From: Torpedo marmorata
Lineage: Eukaryota
Assembly: GCA_977017645.1 (NCBI GenBank)
Contig: OZ360251.1
Coordinates: 17,484,001-17,548,000 of the forward strand
Reading direction: 5' to 3'
DNA: 64,000 nucleotides
Shown here: positions 34,378 to 46,499 of the stretch, piece after piece
How positions within the stretch are numbered: position 1 is the first letter of the stretch
How the letters are laid out: every line of letters starts with the position of its first letter
Position numbers and translations under genes: made by a program
Notes under the pieces: generated by a model
The model's database searches: none
What the model was told of the DNA's origin: nothing
What the model saw: only the letters and a program-made list of their open reading frames with translations

Positions 34378-34867
34378 TTAACGTAACGGTTATCCCAACA
34401 ATGACGTCCCACTATTACTGGAGAAAAGCAAAGTTATGTTCTGTAATTTGCAGTGTTTCTGAAGGTTCTGCATTTTTGTTGAAACCCATATATTCCACTG
34501 TCAAATGTGTGCAGTCAAGCATCAACCCTTACAGCGGGGGCCAGGCATCAGGTTACTGCTTCATCTAATGTTCTCTCCCATTGTTTGTATGGATCCCACA
34601 GTACAACTAATACCTGTCAGTGAGCAGCCTGAACAATGCAGAGTGCCAATCCAATGGCTTTTGCTGCTGGTTACCCTGCAGTGGGATAATGTGTCACGTA
34701 GCCTCAGGTCCCAGGATATTGAGTTCAGAAGGGCTCACATGACACAACCAGAGTGAATTGTGTCAACGATTTTCAGACTGGTTTCGGGTGTTGCTCTCCC
34801 AGAGGTTTCAGGTTATCCCTCATTGAATTACTTCCAATTTTCTCCTTCTCACAAGATGAATATTGTG

Positions 34868-35688
34868 AATTGAGTATGACCAAAATTATTAATGTTAGAT
34901 ATAGATTAGTACAATATAATTTTTTTCATCAATTATATTTAACACCTAAAAAATTAAAGAAATTTAATCCGGCACTATCAGATATGTGTTTTAGATGTAG
35001 GGATGAAATAGGTTCTTTTGTACACTGTACATGGTCATGTTTAAAAATTCAAAATTTTTGGTCTAAAGTTAAGGATTTTTTGGATAGAATTTTTAATATT
35101 ACGGTTCCAATGGAACCTATGTTATTTTTATTTGGAGATATTAAAAAATTTAGTATTAGAAATAGATTGAATATGTATCAAATAGAATTTTTACGAATTG
35201 TTTTAGCGGTTTCAAAAAAATGTATCGCTATTACTTGGAAATCAGATTTAGATTTGAGTTTAGATAGATTACATGCAGAATTACGTTCTTGTATACCATT
35301 GGAAAAAATTACATATAATTTACGTGATAAATATCATTTCTTTTTGAAAATTTGGAGCCCATATATGAGAATTATGGGTATGAATTAATTCTCTAGAAGT
35401 TGGTACCGCTGGCAAAAATAACCTCCAATATATAAATAGAATTAGCTTGTAATTTGTTTTCTCCTCACTTTAACTCTTTAATTCTTTATTATTCAACTCT
35501 TTTCTTTTTTTTTTCTTTATAACTAACATTCTTTTTTTTTTCTTCTTTTTTTTTTAGAATAGTGCTGGGGGGGTTGGGGAGGGGAGGGGGGAGGTAATAT
35601 ATCACATGTATTTTAAATGATATACTATTTTTGATTCATGTATTTTGTGATTTTAAAATTTAAATAAAATTATAAAAAATAAAAAAAA
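34868..35688 (+). mobile_element. 5'-truncated L1, same family as L1-C
   Basis: ORF2 end nearly identical to 4395-5190; poly(A) tail; 15-bp TSD AAGATGAATATTGTG. Confidence 0.92.
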
Positions 35689-35699
35689 AAGATGAATAT

Positions 35700-35825
35700 T
35701 GTGTATGTCTATGTGCGTGTCCATCTGTGCGTGCATGTTTCTCTGTCTGTGCGTGCATGTGCATCTGTGCGTGCGCGTCTGTGCCTGTGTATGTGTGCGC
35801 GTGTCTGTGCCTGTGTGCGCGTGCG
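35700..35825. repeat. Degenerate (GT/GC)n microsatellite
   Basis: GTGTGCGTGC-type repeats. Confidence 0.8.
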
Positions 35826-36817
35826 GAAATCTATTCAATCAGGAATAAGAAGTTCGTGGAATTTATGAGGCTTGAATCTGATGGGACAGAGCTGAGTTTC
35901 CTGGTGGTTTGGAAGAGCTACGATTTTTGGAACCAACACAAATGCTGTAATCACAGAGGTGAACGGTGATCCATATCAAAGGACAACAGTAGAACGGCCA
36001 TCTACATTCTGGCAGTAGATGTAGTGGATACATAGCATGAGAATTTAGCAGCCATCCAATCTTAACAATACCCCAGGCAAGACAGCGCTCTGGACATTAA
36101 AATCCATGAGCAATTATAAGCCAGTTGTGTCTCCAATACCCTGGGAGTAGCCAAACCAGTTTCACATTGGGTCTCTCATACTGCCAGTGAAATAATGCTC
36201 TGACAGCCCCTGTTGAATTTGTTCCCAGGACCTGGGGTGAGGAGAGTCCAAAGGTTTTATACAAGAAGTGGTTCGGATTTGGAGACTTCTGCCCCACAGC
36301 GTGGTGGGTACAAATTCAGAAAAAGACTTGAGGATGATGTAGCAGCACTATGGGGAAGAAGCAGAATGAGTGGAACTCACAGGAGTGCTCTCTGAGAGAC
36401 ATGGCATGCCCCAAATGACACCTCCTGATATATTTTGTCATTTAAACTGTTCTACGATCCTGTGCCCTGACTTGCCAGGCCCTTTGCATGAAACCTTGTC
36501 AATTCCCCACACATCGCAGCAGGCACAATGATACTGGTATACCATAACAAAAGGTTGGCTTTAATAAATTAGCAACTTAGCCATCTTCCAACAAAATCCT
36601 GATGAGGGCAAATTCATCAGGGGTGACCTAGAAGGCAGCCTCAACCTCATATCAGGAACTGCTGAACCCTGGTCTCCACCACAGCCGAACTGAACGAGAG
36701 AAAAATCATCAAAATTCAAGTACTTTAAGATTTAAGGTACCGGAAATAGCAGAGATACTCTGAATTCCTGATGGAATTTTTCTAAAAATAGGAAGTGCTT
36801 TAAAGAACAAGTCTGAC

Positions 36818-36964
36818 CTTCGAACGCCTTGGCCACGCTGACCAGACTGGACCATTCTAGCTCGGACTCTGGGTCTGGCAGAGGCATCAGGCCTGGATCA
36901 TTATGGCGCATGGGGATTCGGTCTCGCACATCAATCAACGACAACTCCGAGGCAGATATGTTAG
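36818..36964 (-). CDS. SIPA1L3: SIPA1L3-like exon (SPAR C-terminal region)
   Basis: ctcag/…/gtcaga boundaries; (T)NISASELSLIDVRDRIPMRHNDPGLMPLPDPESELEWSSLVSVAKAFE, with the family motif DPGLMPLPD; 147 nt. Confidence 0.94.
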
Positions 36965-37702
36965 CTGAGCAGAAGAGGACAAAACAGGTTTGGTGAGCAA
37001 TGTTCGAGGAGATCACAACTATCAAATAAAGTAGTTTGTTGATTTTATTTGCACCAAAAAGTTACTTTCGCCAGTGGTGAAGAATCTTGCGGCGTTTCTT
37101 CGTGCAGAGAAATATGGAGAATGACACAGAGAGGGAGTAGGGGCCTGTCTCAGTACAACTCACAATCTTGCTCGTTGATGGGAGGATTCACCCATAGCAC
37201 TGTTTCAGCAATTTCTGTTGGGATAATGCCTTCAACATTTCAAGTTGCTCAAAGGCACGCTAGAAGTGGGTTCTCAAGTAACACCCAACAATGAGGTATC
37301 TGAGGATACATTAGGACAGATGGCCAAATGCTTGGCCAAAGAAATAGAGAGATGGAGAGTTGTAGGAATGGGATTTCAAAGCTTAAGGCCCATGTGGTTG
37401 AAGGCAGTGCGATGAAATCAGAGCCAGAATTGGTCGACTGATGAGATCTTGGAAGGTTAGGGAAGGTTATCGACATAAGGAAAGGCAAAGAGCTTGGGAG
37501 GGATACGACACAATGGATAGAATACGCTCCTCCTGGACTATATGATTCTGTTATAACAAGCTTAAATGTCAACAAATAGCACTATGGGGGAACTTGGATC
37601 CTGATGAACCCCCAACAAATCAAGGTAACACAAGAGGCAGGTTAAGATGAATAAAGGGTAAAGTGCAAAAAATGAATTAATAAGAGTTGGTGGGGGGTGG
37701 AG

Positions 37703-38516
37703 TACATAGAACATTACAGCACAGTACAGGCCCTTCGGCCCATGATGTTGTGCTGACCTATGTATATATATCTAAAAAAAACGAAACCCTCCTTACATAA
37801 CCTTTTATTTTTCTTTCATCTATGTGCCTGTTTGAGTCTCTTAAATGACCTCATCGAGCTCACTATTCCAAAGTTTAATTGGCTAAATTTTATTCTAATT
37901 TCTCGTCAAAATGTGATAGATGTAAGACTGAAGGTACATTATTTCATGTTTTGGTCATGTTCCTCGCTTTCCAATTATTGGGAAAGTATTTTCCGTACCT
38001 TGTCTTTAGTTCTTAATATTAATTTGGCTTCTAACCCTTTTCTAGCCCTATTTGGAATAAGTAAGTCAGCTGATTTAAATTTATCTAGGCTACAATCCCA
38101 TGTAGTTGCCTTTGCTCTCCTTATTGCCAGAAGAGCTATACTTATGAGATGGAAGGATGCTGTCCCTGCTACGCATACTCAATGGTTATCTGATGTGATG
38201 GCATGCTTGACTCTGGAAAAAATCAGATGCTTTACTAATGAAATGAACCTTAATTTTCTAAACTTATGGGGTCCTTTCCTTAATTATTATCAGAATTTAT
38301 AAGATTATTGGATCCCATTTTATGGTTTGGTTGCTTTTTCTTTCATACATTAGTGGAACATATATGCTTAATCATAACCACAAGGGAGGGGTTAGATCAT
38401 TAGAGTAGTTTTTTTTCATATATATTTTTGTCTCTTTCATAGGTTGTTTACAGCCATTTGTTAATATATATTTACTTTGTTGGATATATATTCTTGTTGT
38501 TACCTATGTATGAGCA

Positions 38517-38563
<47 letters not shown>

Positions 38564-39795
38564 TTAATAAAAATATTGGAAAGAGTCTCTTAAATGCCCC
38601 TATTTGTTCCAGCCTCCACCACCACCCCTGGCAAGGCATTCCAGGCACGCACAACTCTCTGTGCAAAAAACGTAGCCCTGATGTCTCCCCTAAACTTTCC
38701 TCCCTTCACTTTGTACAGATGTCCTCTGGTGTTTGCTACTCCCGCCCTGGCTGTTTACTTTATCTATGCCTCTCATAATCTTGTAGACCTCTTTTAAGTC
38801 ACCTCTCATCCTTCTTCGCTCCAAAGAGAAAAGTCCTAGCTCAGCTAACCTTGCCTCATAAGACATATTTTCCAATCCAGGCAACATCCTGGTAAATCTC
38901 CTCTGCACTCCTTCATATCTTCCACATCCTTCCTGTAATGAGGTGACCGGAACTGAACACAATATTCTAAGTGTGGTCTCATCAGATCAGAGATTTATAA
39001 AGCTGCAACATTACCTCAGGACTCCTGAACTCAATCCCCTGACTAATGAAGCCTAACATACCATAGGCCTTCTTAACTATCCTATCAACCTGCGCGGCAA
39101 CCTTGAGAGATGTATGGATTTGGACCCCAAGGTCATTCTGTTCTTCCACACTGTTAAGTATCTTACCATTAACCATGTACTCCGCCTTCAAGTTTGACCT
39201 TCCAAAATGCATCACCTCACATTTACCCAGATTGAACTCCATCTGCCACTTTTCCGCCCAACTCTGCAGCCTGTCTATATCCTGTTGTAACCTACGACAA
39301 CCTTTGACACTATCTGCAACTCCAGAAACCTTCGTATCATCTGCAAACCTACTGACCCATCCCTCTACATCTTCGTCCAAGTCATTTATAAAAATCACAA
39401 AGAGCAGGGGTCCCAGAACAGATCCCTGCGGAACTCCTCTAGTCACTGACCTCCAGGCAGAATACTTTCTGTCCATTACTACTCTCTGCTTTCTACAGGC
39501 AGGCCAATTCTGAATCCACACAGCCAAGGTTCAATGGATCCCATGCCTCATAACTTTCTGAATTAGTCTCCTATGGGAGACCATGTCAAATGCCTTACTA
39601 AAATCCATATGCACGCGTTTACCACCCTATCTTCATCATTTTCTTTTGTTATCTCCTTAAGAAACTCAATTAGGCTTGTGAGGCATGACCTTCCCCTCAC
39701 AAAGCCATGCTGACTATCCCTGAGAAGACTATAAATGCTTGTAAATCCTGTCCTTAAGAATCCACTCCAATAGTTTACCCACCACTAATGTAAGA
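37703..39795 (-). mobile_element. CR1 LINE (RT C-terminus and 3' end), interrupted by an L1
   Basis: GVPQGSVLGPLLF, RFADDTK and WQMEFN in ORF 38982-39527; CATAGAACA tail. Confidence 0.92.
37848..38582 (+). mobile_element. 5'-truncated L1 nested in the CR1
   Basis: HYFMFWSC...ARRAILMRWK...LEKIR; TSD GAGTCTCTTAAATG at 37834-37847 and 38583-38596; (TA)n at 38518-38558. Confidence 0.88.
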
Positions 39796-39937
39796 GTAGA
39801 ATAAGGCTACAAAACCAAAAGAATAAAATGACAGGCTTCTTATCCCAATTTTTCCTTCACTTAATACACAAATAAAATAACATTGACAAGAGCTAAAATT
39901 TACAAGGCAGCTGTGCTAATTCATGTTGCATTCTTAC

Positions 39938-40142
39938 TTTTCTTTTCAAAGCTGGATGTTGGAGGCTGCATGAGCCTGCGAATGGGTAGTGTTTGGCATG
40001 GGTATGTGCTGGTGAAGATCACGTCATTTGGAAGTGCCTGGTCAATAGCTGCAAGCTGGGAATTGGAGAAAGTTGGTTCCCTTCGACCACTGCAGATGCT
40101 TTCATCGGACAGCGTCCTCTGCAGGCTCTTCCGCGAAGAATG
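39938..40142 (-). CDS. SIPA1L3: SIPA1L3-like exon
   Basis: tttcag/…/gtaaga boundaries; HSSRKSLQRTLSDESICSGRREP...SFEKK, with the family motif LQRTLSDES; 205 nt. Confidence 0.94.
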
Positions 40143-40282
40143 CTGAAAAGCAGCAAGACGTTCCTTTTTCAGGAAAAGGCGTAAACAGTCATACAGCACG
40201 GAAACAGGCCCTTCAATCTACCAAGGCCATGTCGACCATCGATCTTCTATTTGCACTAATCCATTTTTTAAACTCCTCATAA

Positions 40283-40530
40283 ATTTTAAATTTAAATTTA
40301 GACATACAGCACGGTAACAGGCCCTTCTGACCCACAAGGCTGTGCTGCCCAAATGCACCAATTAAGCTACAAACCTCATATGTTTTTGAAGGGTGGGAGG
40401 AAACTGGAGCACCCGGAGGAAACCCACGCAGACATGGGATGAACGTACAAACTCCTTACAGACTGCGCCGGATTCGAACCCGGGTCGCTGGTGCTGTAAC
40501 AGCATTGCGGTAACCGCTACACTAACCGTA
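40283..40530 (-). mobile_element. V-SINE (HE1-like)
   Basis: Reverse complement of the SINE structure. Confidence 0.85.
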
Positions 40531-41565
40531 GCTAACCAATTCCCTCTGATTCTACCCAGCTTCTTCACAGTAGCCCATTATATAATTCACTCATCTCTGG
40601 GTAGTGTTGGGAAAGTAGGAGATCCTGGAAGTAACCGTGCAAACTCCACTCGCACAGCGCCAGAGGTCAGGATCGAACCCACTAGCTGCACCACTGTGCT
40701 GCCTACGAAGGCTTCACAGAGGCTGCGTGCAAATGCTTGTGCTCAGAGGGAAAGTGCAGAACCTTGCAAGTCACAAAGAAGCATTTTTAGATCACAGGCT
40801 TCAGGAAATTTCTGCCAACACTTGCCCTCAACATTGGGAATAGGTGCATGCTTCTTGTGATCTTTCAATTCAATCAGGATATCATGATACCCCAGTGACT
40901 CATTTATGGGGGACTTGGATCCTGATGAACCCCCAACGAATGAAGGTAACACAAGAAGCAGGTTACGATGAAAAAATGGTAAAGTGGAGAAAATGCACTA
41001 AGCAATGTGATACTGGGCATCATTGCCTCACTGAAGTGACATAGATTTAAGGTCACTGCAATATCCCACTATTTACACCATGCCAGGTTCAAGCTGGTAC
41101 AAGATATTGTTTCAGAAGAATGCCAATAAAGAGGAGAGCATATCTGAGCTAATCGGTTGCACATACTTACTAGAGCGTGAAATTTCTCACTGTGAACAAC
41201 GACTGCAAAGGCACTGGCAGCAGTTTTACTTCACAGCTCAGCGCCCAACTTACTGACCTGTTCTTCATGGCTGGGCTTTGAGCTAAATCGTGGACTGCTG
41301 ACCGAGGCTTTTTAAACTTGCTCTCTATCAACTAACTAGCTTCCCCCTGTGTGTGTATACAAGCCCATCAGTCAGGCGTGGTGGATTGTGATGGGGCACT
41401 AACACTCAAGAATACAGAAAGGAGTCACCAAACAGACCCTTGAGCTGGCTCTGCCATGTACAAAGATGACGGCTGAAACGATTTTCGCCTCAGCTCCATT
41501 TTCCTGTTTGTTCCCCATAACCCTCAAACCTCCTAATAATGTAAAATTGTCCACCTCAACCTTGG

Positions 41566-42371
41566 GGGAAAAAAAACGGCAGCGCTACCTCTGGTGTGGA
41601 CCCGGGGAGAGCGGGGAGTGGAGGCACAGTACTCCTCCACAGGATCCAACCGCCTGCCCCTAATGCTGACGGCTCTGTACATGCTTTAAACGGCCTGTTA
41701 AAGGAGCCAACGGTGTTTTTATTTAAAATCCTGAAACCGCGGGGTCTGTGCCCAAGATGGTAGCGCCTGTGCTGGCAGCGGCCACGAGGGGTTGCAGACT
41801 CCGGGGAGCAACAGACCAGTGCAGGGCACCAGTAAACAGGGAGAACACCCCACGTTCAGAAGGAGAAGCAGAGAAGACGACCCTACAGGACAGTGACCAT
41901 AGCAGCGGAGCTGCGAGGGACTCAGCCGCTGAAGAACCCACACAACCTGCGGGCTCTTGGTGACTTGCGGTCAAAGGACTCACACAGGCTGTGGGCTGCT
42001 GGAGACTGGCTCACGGGAACAAGGTATCGGAGCCGGGATTCGAGAGGGTGCTGAGGGCAAGAAGGGCTCCCAAAGGGCCTCGGGCGCTGAAGGCTCCCTG
42101 ATCGTATCGGAGGTTTGGATCTGGAGTTCCGGTTTGCCAAAAGATAGAAGAGGAGTCTGTGTGACTGCTGAGGCTGCGGGAGCACTGGAGGCAAATCCAC
42201 GGACACTCAATGTCTCTGAAGGGACTCTCCTTTGCTTCTCTTTCTGTTACTGTAAGGGGCGCTAGGCAAATCTAATGGCGACTCTGTCTGCCTTCCGACA
42301 GACTAAAGGAAATTTCATGTAATATTACATTTTCTGTTTTATTACATGACAATAAAAGAACCTTGGAACCT
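41566..42371 (+). mobile_element. Non-coding GC-rich retroposon with a Rex1-type 3' end
   Basis: Internal CAAGATGG; ends ...TGACAATAAAAGAACCTTGGAACCT; no RT-like ORF. Confidence 0.5.
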
Positions 42372-42429
42372 CCAAACTACCTCTCTTGATCGTATCACCA
42401 TTTCACCCCACCTTTAGACTGCCTCCAAT

Positions 42430-42650
42430 GCTTCTAAACCCTTTTTGGATAGAGAATCAAAAGCGTGCTCAGTATTCTAGGTGTGGCCTCACCCACACCC
42501 TACACATCTGTTACAAAACCTCCTTATTCTTAAACTCCAACTGCTTTACGTTAAATGTTAACATGTTGTTGGCTGCCTTAACTACTTGTTGGACCAGTCT
42601 GCCAACTTTTGGTGATGCATGCACTGGAACTCCCGAGATCCCTCTGACAC
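42430..42650 (-). mobile_element. Old CR1 fragment
   Basis: QQVVKAANNML...LEFKNKEVL...VRPHLEY remnant. Confidence 0.7.
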
Positions 42651-42762
42651 CATCGAGCCTGTTCCACGAGTTCCCTGCGCGCAGTTTGTTAGTCCGTTGG
42701 CAAGAAAGACTTGGTGATTCTGGCTCCCCCACACCTCTCCCCCCCCTCCCCGCCCCACTCAC

Positions 42763-42940
42763 ATCAGGACGTACAAGCATTTCCCTATCTGTCTCCAGCA
42801 AAGGGCTGTCCAGCAGAATAAGCTTCTTCAAATCCTCTTCAAGGGTGGATTTCTGGGCTCTGCGCGGCGATCGGAGGTCCCGTAAAGATGCCCGCAATCT
42901 GGGCTGCCCAAAGACATTTGTGGAGGCAACACTGGATGCC
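42763..42940 (-). CDS. SIPA1L3: SIPA1L3-like exon (most 5' exon found in the window)
   Basis: ttccag/…/gtgagt boundaries; ASSVASTNVFGQPRLRASLRDLRSPRRAQKSTLEEDLKKLILLDSP...; 178 nt. Confidence 0.93.
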
Positions 42941-43053
42941 CTGGAAGGTGAGGGAATGAAGACTTTAAGAACCTTAATAACACATGATTATTATTGTTTT
43001 CAGCAACTGGATTATAAACCATTTGTCTTTCAAAGCTGACGAATAATGGGTCA

Positions 43054-43179
43054 AGTGAAACACGAAAGTCTGCAGATGCAGTGATTGTAGAAAAAACACA
43101 CAGAAATGCCGGTCTCGCAGCATCCATAGGAGGTATAGATATATTACCGATGTTTTGGGCCTGAGCCCTTCTTCAAGGT
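43054..43179 (-). mobile_element. Penelope-like pLTR fragment
   Basis: Reverse complement of the 30668-30810 repeat. Confidence 0.72.
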
Positions 43180-43184
43180 TTAAA

Positions 43185-43695
43185 GGGTGCAGAGGAGATT
43201 TACCAGGATGTTGCCTGGATTGGAAAATGAGTCTTATGAGGCAAGGTTAGCAGAGCTGGGACTTTTCTCTTTGGAGCAAAGAAGGATGAGAGGAGACTTA
43301 ATAGAGGTCTACAAGATTATGAGAGGCATAGATAAGGTAGGCAGCCAACATCTTTTTCCCAGGGCGGGAGTAGCAAACACCAGAGGACATCTGTACAAAG
43401 TGAAGGGAGGAAAGTTTAGGGGAGACATCAGGGCTACGTTGTTTTTTTTTGTTTTTTTATTTTAAAAATTTTTTTACACACACAGAGTTGTGGGTACCTT
43501 GCTAGAAGTGGTGGTGGAGGCTGGAACAATAGGGACATTCAAGAGACACTTAGACAGGCACATGGATGAAAGAAAAATAGAGGGTAATGAGGTAGGGAGG
43601 GCTTAGTTTTTTTTTTGGGTGGGTAGATATAGGTCGGCATAACATTGTGGGCTGAAGGGCCTGTACTCTGCAGTATATGTACATATGTTCTATGT
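43185..43695 (+). mobile_element. CR1 LINE, 3' fragment
   Basis: [12 protein letters not shown]...RGDLIEVYKIMRG...TRGH; 3' UTR ending in TGTTCTATG. Confidence 0.9.
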
Positions 43696-43786
43696 ATAAT
43701 GGGTCAAAGATGCCATGAGTTGTGTGAAAAGCAACCAGTTTGTTTTCCTCTGCTACTGAGAGGCACGATTTTTTATACCGATTTCT

Positions 43787-44475
43787 TTTTCAATATTTTT
43801 ATTGGTTTCATTAAGTAAATGTTACATAGGTACGTAATAATAAAATAAAGTATTAACAAATTACATATAATAATAAAAATGGTGGTAAGACCTACGTTAC
43901 ATTGAAAAGAAGTAAAAAACAAAAAAAAACACTATACTAATTATCAACCCCCTCCCTTCAGAGGCTGCTGGCTGAACATAAACAGTCCACTTACCTAATA
44001 ATAAAAAGAAGGTAATGAATGGGGCCAAAAACCAACAGTTAATTAATCTTACAAATTTTGAAAATAATTAAGAAAAGAACCCCATAAGGAAACAAAGTTA
44101 AGATTAATTTCAGTTGTGAACCATCTAATTTTTTCCAAAGTCAAACATGCCATCATATCAGACAACCATTGAGGGAGAGTGGGAGGGACAGCATCTTTCC
44201 ATCTCATTAATATGGCCCTTCTAGCGATAAGGGAGGCGAGGGCAACTACATGGGATTGTGAAGCAGTCAATATTAGACCTGTTGGCCCACTTATTCTAAA
44301 AAAAAAGCAAGAAAAGGATTTGGAGTCAAATTAATGTTAAGAACTAAAGACATGGTACGGAATACACCTTCCCAAAAATTGGAAAGAGAAGGACATAACC
44401 AGAACTTATGATAATCACATTTAGGAGAAAAATCAGAATAGAATTTAGCCAATTGGACTTTGGAAAAGTGTACTA
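43787..44475 (-). mobile_element. 5'-truncated L1
   Basis: ARRAILMRWKD...LEKIR; TSD TTTATAC(C/T)GATTTCT at 43772-43786 and 44476-44490. Confidence 0.85.
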
Positions 44476-44789
44476 TTTATACTGATTTCTGAAATGAGCT
44501 GTGTTTATCCTTTGCCTTTGGGAACCTCATTGTCTACGGATGTTAACATACGACGCAGGCTGCTCAGGCCATGTTGGAGAGTGTGGGAAGATGCGAAGGA
44601 TGCACAACCTCTAACTCACTGCAGATGTGAAAACTAACTTCCCTCCACTACACTGGACAAACCAACCCAAGACCATGGAATGAGAAGGGGGCAATCAGCT
44701 TTTAAATTCTCGTTTTCCATGGATCTTGGAAAATCAATGCTATTTAACAAAATTTCTTCCCAACTTCCAAATAGTTGTCAGGTGAAGCT

Positions 44790-45001
44790 AGTTGCCCACG
44801 AGCCCGTGCCATCCAATTACACCCAATTGACCTACAATCCCGGTACGTTTTTGAAGGGTGGGAGGAAACTAGAGCACCCGGAGGAAACCCACACAGACAC
44901 GGGGAGAACATACAAACTCCTTACAGACAGCGCCAGATTCGAACCCTGGTCGCTGGCACTGTAACAGCGTTGCACTAACCTCTACGCTAACCATGCCACC
45001 C
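44790..45001 (-). mobile_element. V-SINE (HE1-like)
   Basis: Reverse complement of the SINE head and V-domain. Confidence 0.82.
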
Positions 45002-45354
45002 TCTAGACAGGTTCTCTCACTCAAATCATGCGATTCCTTGAAAATCTCTACTGTTTCTGCCTGATGAAGCCAGTGTTTCAACTCTTATGCAATTAGATCA
45101 TGGGATCGTTCTCAGCCATTGCCAGCCTATAGCGGCGCAGGAATGCCACAAATTTAAAATCCGTCCTGTAGCCTCGCCCATCTCTATTTCTGCAATCTCC
45201 TCCAGCCACACAACACTCTCCCTATCCCTCTATTCTGATCACACTCTGCACACCAATTTTGATCCATTATTGGCTGCCGTGCTTTCTGTTGCCTGGAGCT
45301 TATCCTCTGGAATTCCCTCCCTGAATATCTCCCCATCTCTTTAAAGGAACATCT

Positions 45355-45712
45355 TAACATTGACTTTTCTGCTTTCCTCTAAACCTGCTCGCCTTTTCCT
45401 TCCCCTCCCCCTGTCCTGTCCTTCCAGTTTTTTCCACCCACCCAGCCATCCCTCCTCCCCCTCTTTGCTGCTGTCCCCTCCCTCCTTTCTCCACCTATTA
45501 TCTCCTGCCTTTGCCACCCCCCTTCCCCCCCTCACTCTTTTGTTCGGACACCTGCCGGCATTTTCTCATAGTTTGATGAAGGGCTCAAGCCCGAAACGTC
45601 AGTTATGTATTTCTACCTTTGCTACATAAAAGACACTGTTTGACCTGCTGAGCTTCTCCAGCATTTGTATTTTTTTACTTCAACCACGGTGTCTACAGAT
45701 TTTCGTGATTTA
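45355..45712 (+). mobile_element. Penelope-like 3' end (pyrimidine tract and pLTR)
   Basis: AACATTGACTTTTC...C/T tract...TTGATGAAGGGCTCAAGCCCGAAACGTC. Confidence 0.75.
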
Positions 45713-46499
45713 CATCATAATACTATCATCTGAGCGTTGGGCGACCCATCCTAATTCCTCCTGTTGTGCTGGCAATCAGATGTGGACTGATTATACTCCT
45801 GCGCTGCACCTTTTGGAGGTTTCATAATATCAAAAATGCTTTACAAATCCAAGTTGATGTTGCTGGGACAGCAAAGAAATTCACAGCATCTGTGAAAGCA
45901 AACAGACGCCTCATCCCTTCAGGGGAGAAGAAAATGACAGGAAATAAAATGAGTGCACTGCATGAGGCTTTCATATGGAAGAAGGCAAGCCTTTTGATCA
46001 TACAAACTTTTCATACATATTTGTGAGAACAAAAACATTTGCCCAGGCAGTACTGCTGTGTGCTCCGACAACTGGAGCTTTGTGCAAGAACTGTTGCCAA
46101 ATCACACCTCCCACCCTACCCGTCTCTCGGCAGAAATATTTTAAAATCTTCAGATCTCGAGTGCCAGCACAAATTGGTTATTGATTTCTCCTCCTAATGC
46201 ATTGTGGTCTCTGAAGGGAAACCATGAGCAGGTTCAGAAGAGAAGCGCTGCTGAAGTTCAGCACTCGTCTCGCCGCATGTTGCCAATTAGGCTCCTCTCC
46301 CTGACGTGACAACAACATGCAGCAAATGTCAATGCAATGGGCAGAGAGGGAAAGACATCGAGATCCCTTCATCCTGTGTGTGTGGAAACTTCACATTCTT
46401 TCCCCTTTGTGCTGTGCTTAAAATGCAATTCATAATTTGTATGTATTTATATGTTGCCTTGCTGGAAGGTCCAACGAATTATTATTAATAAAGTTAAAC

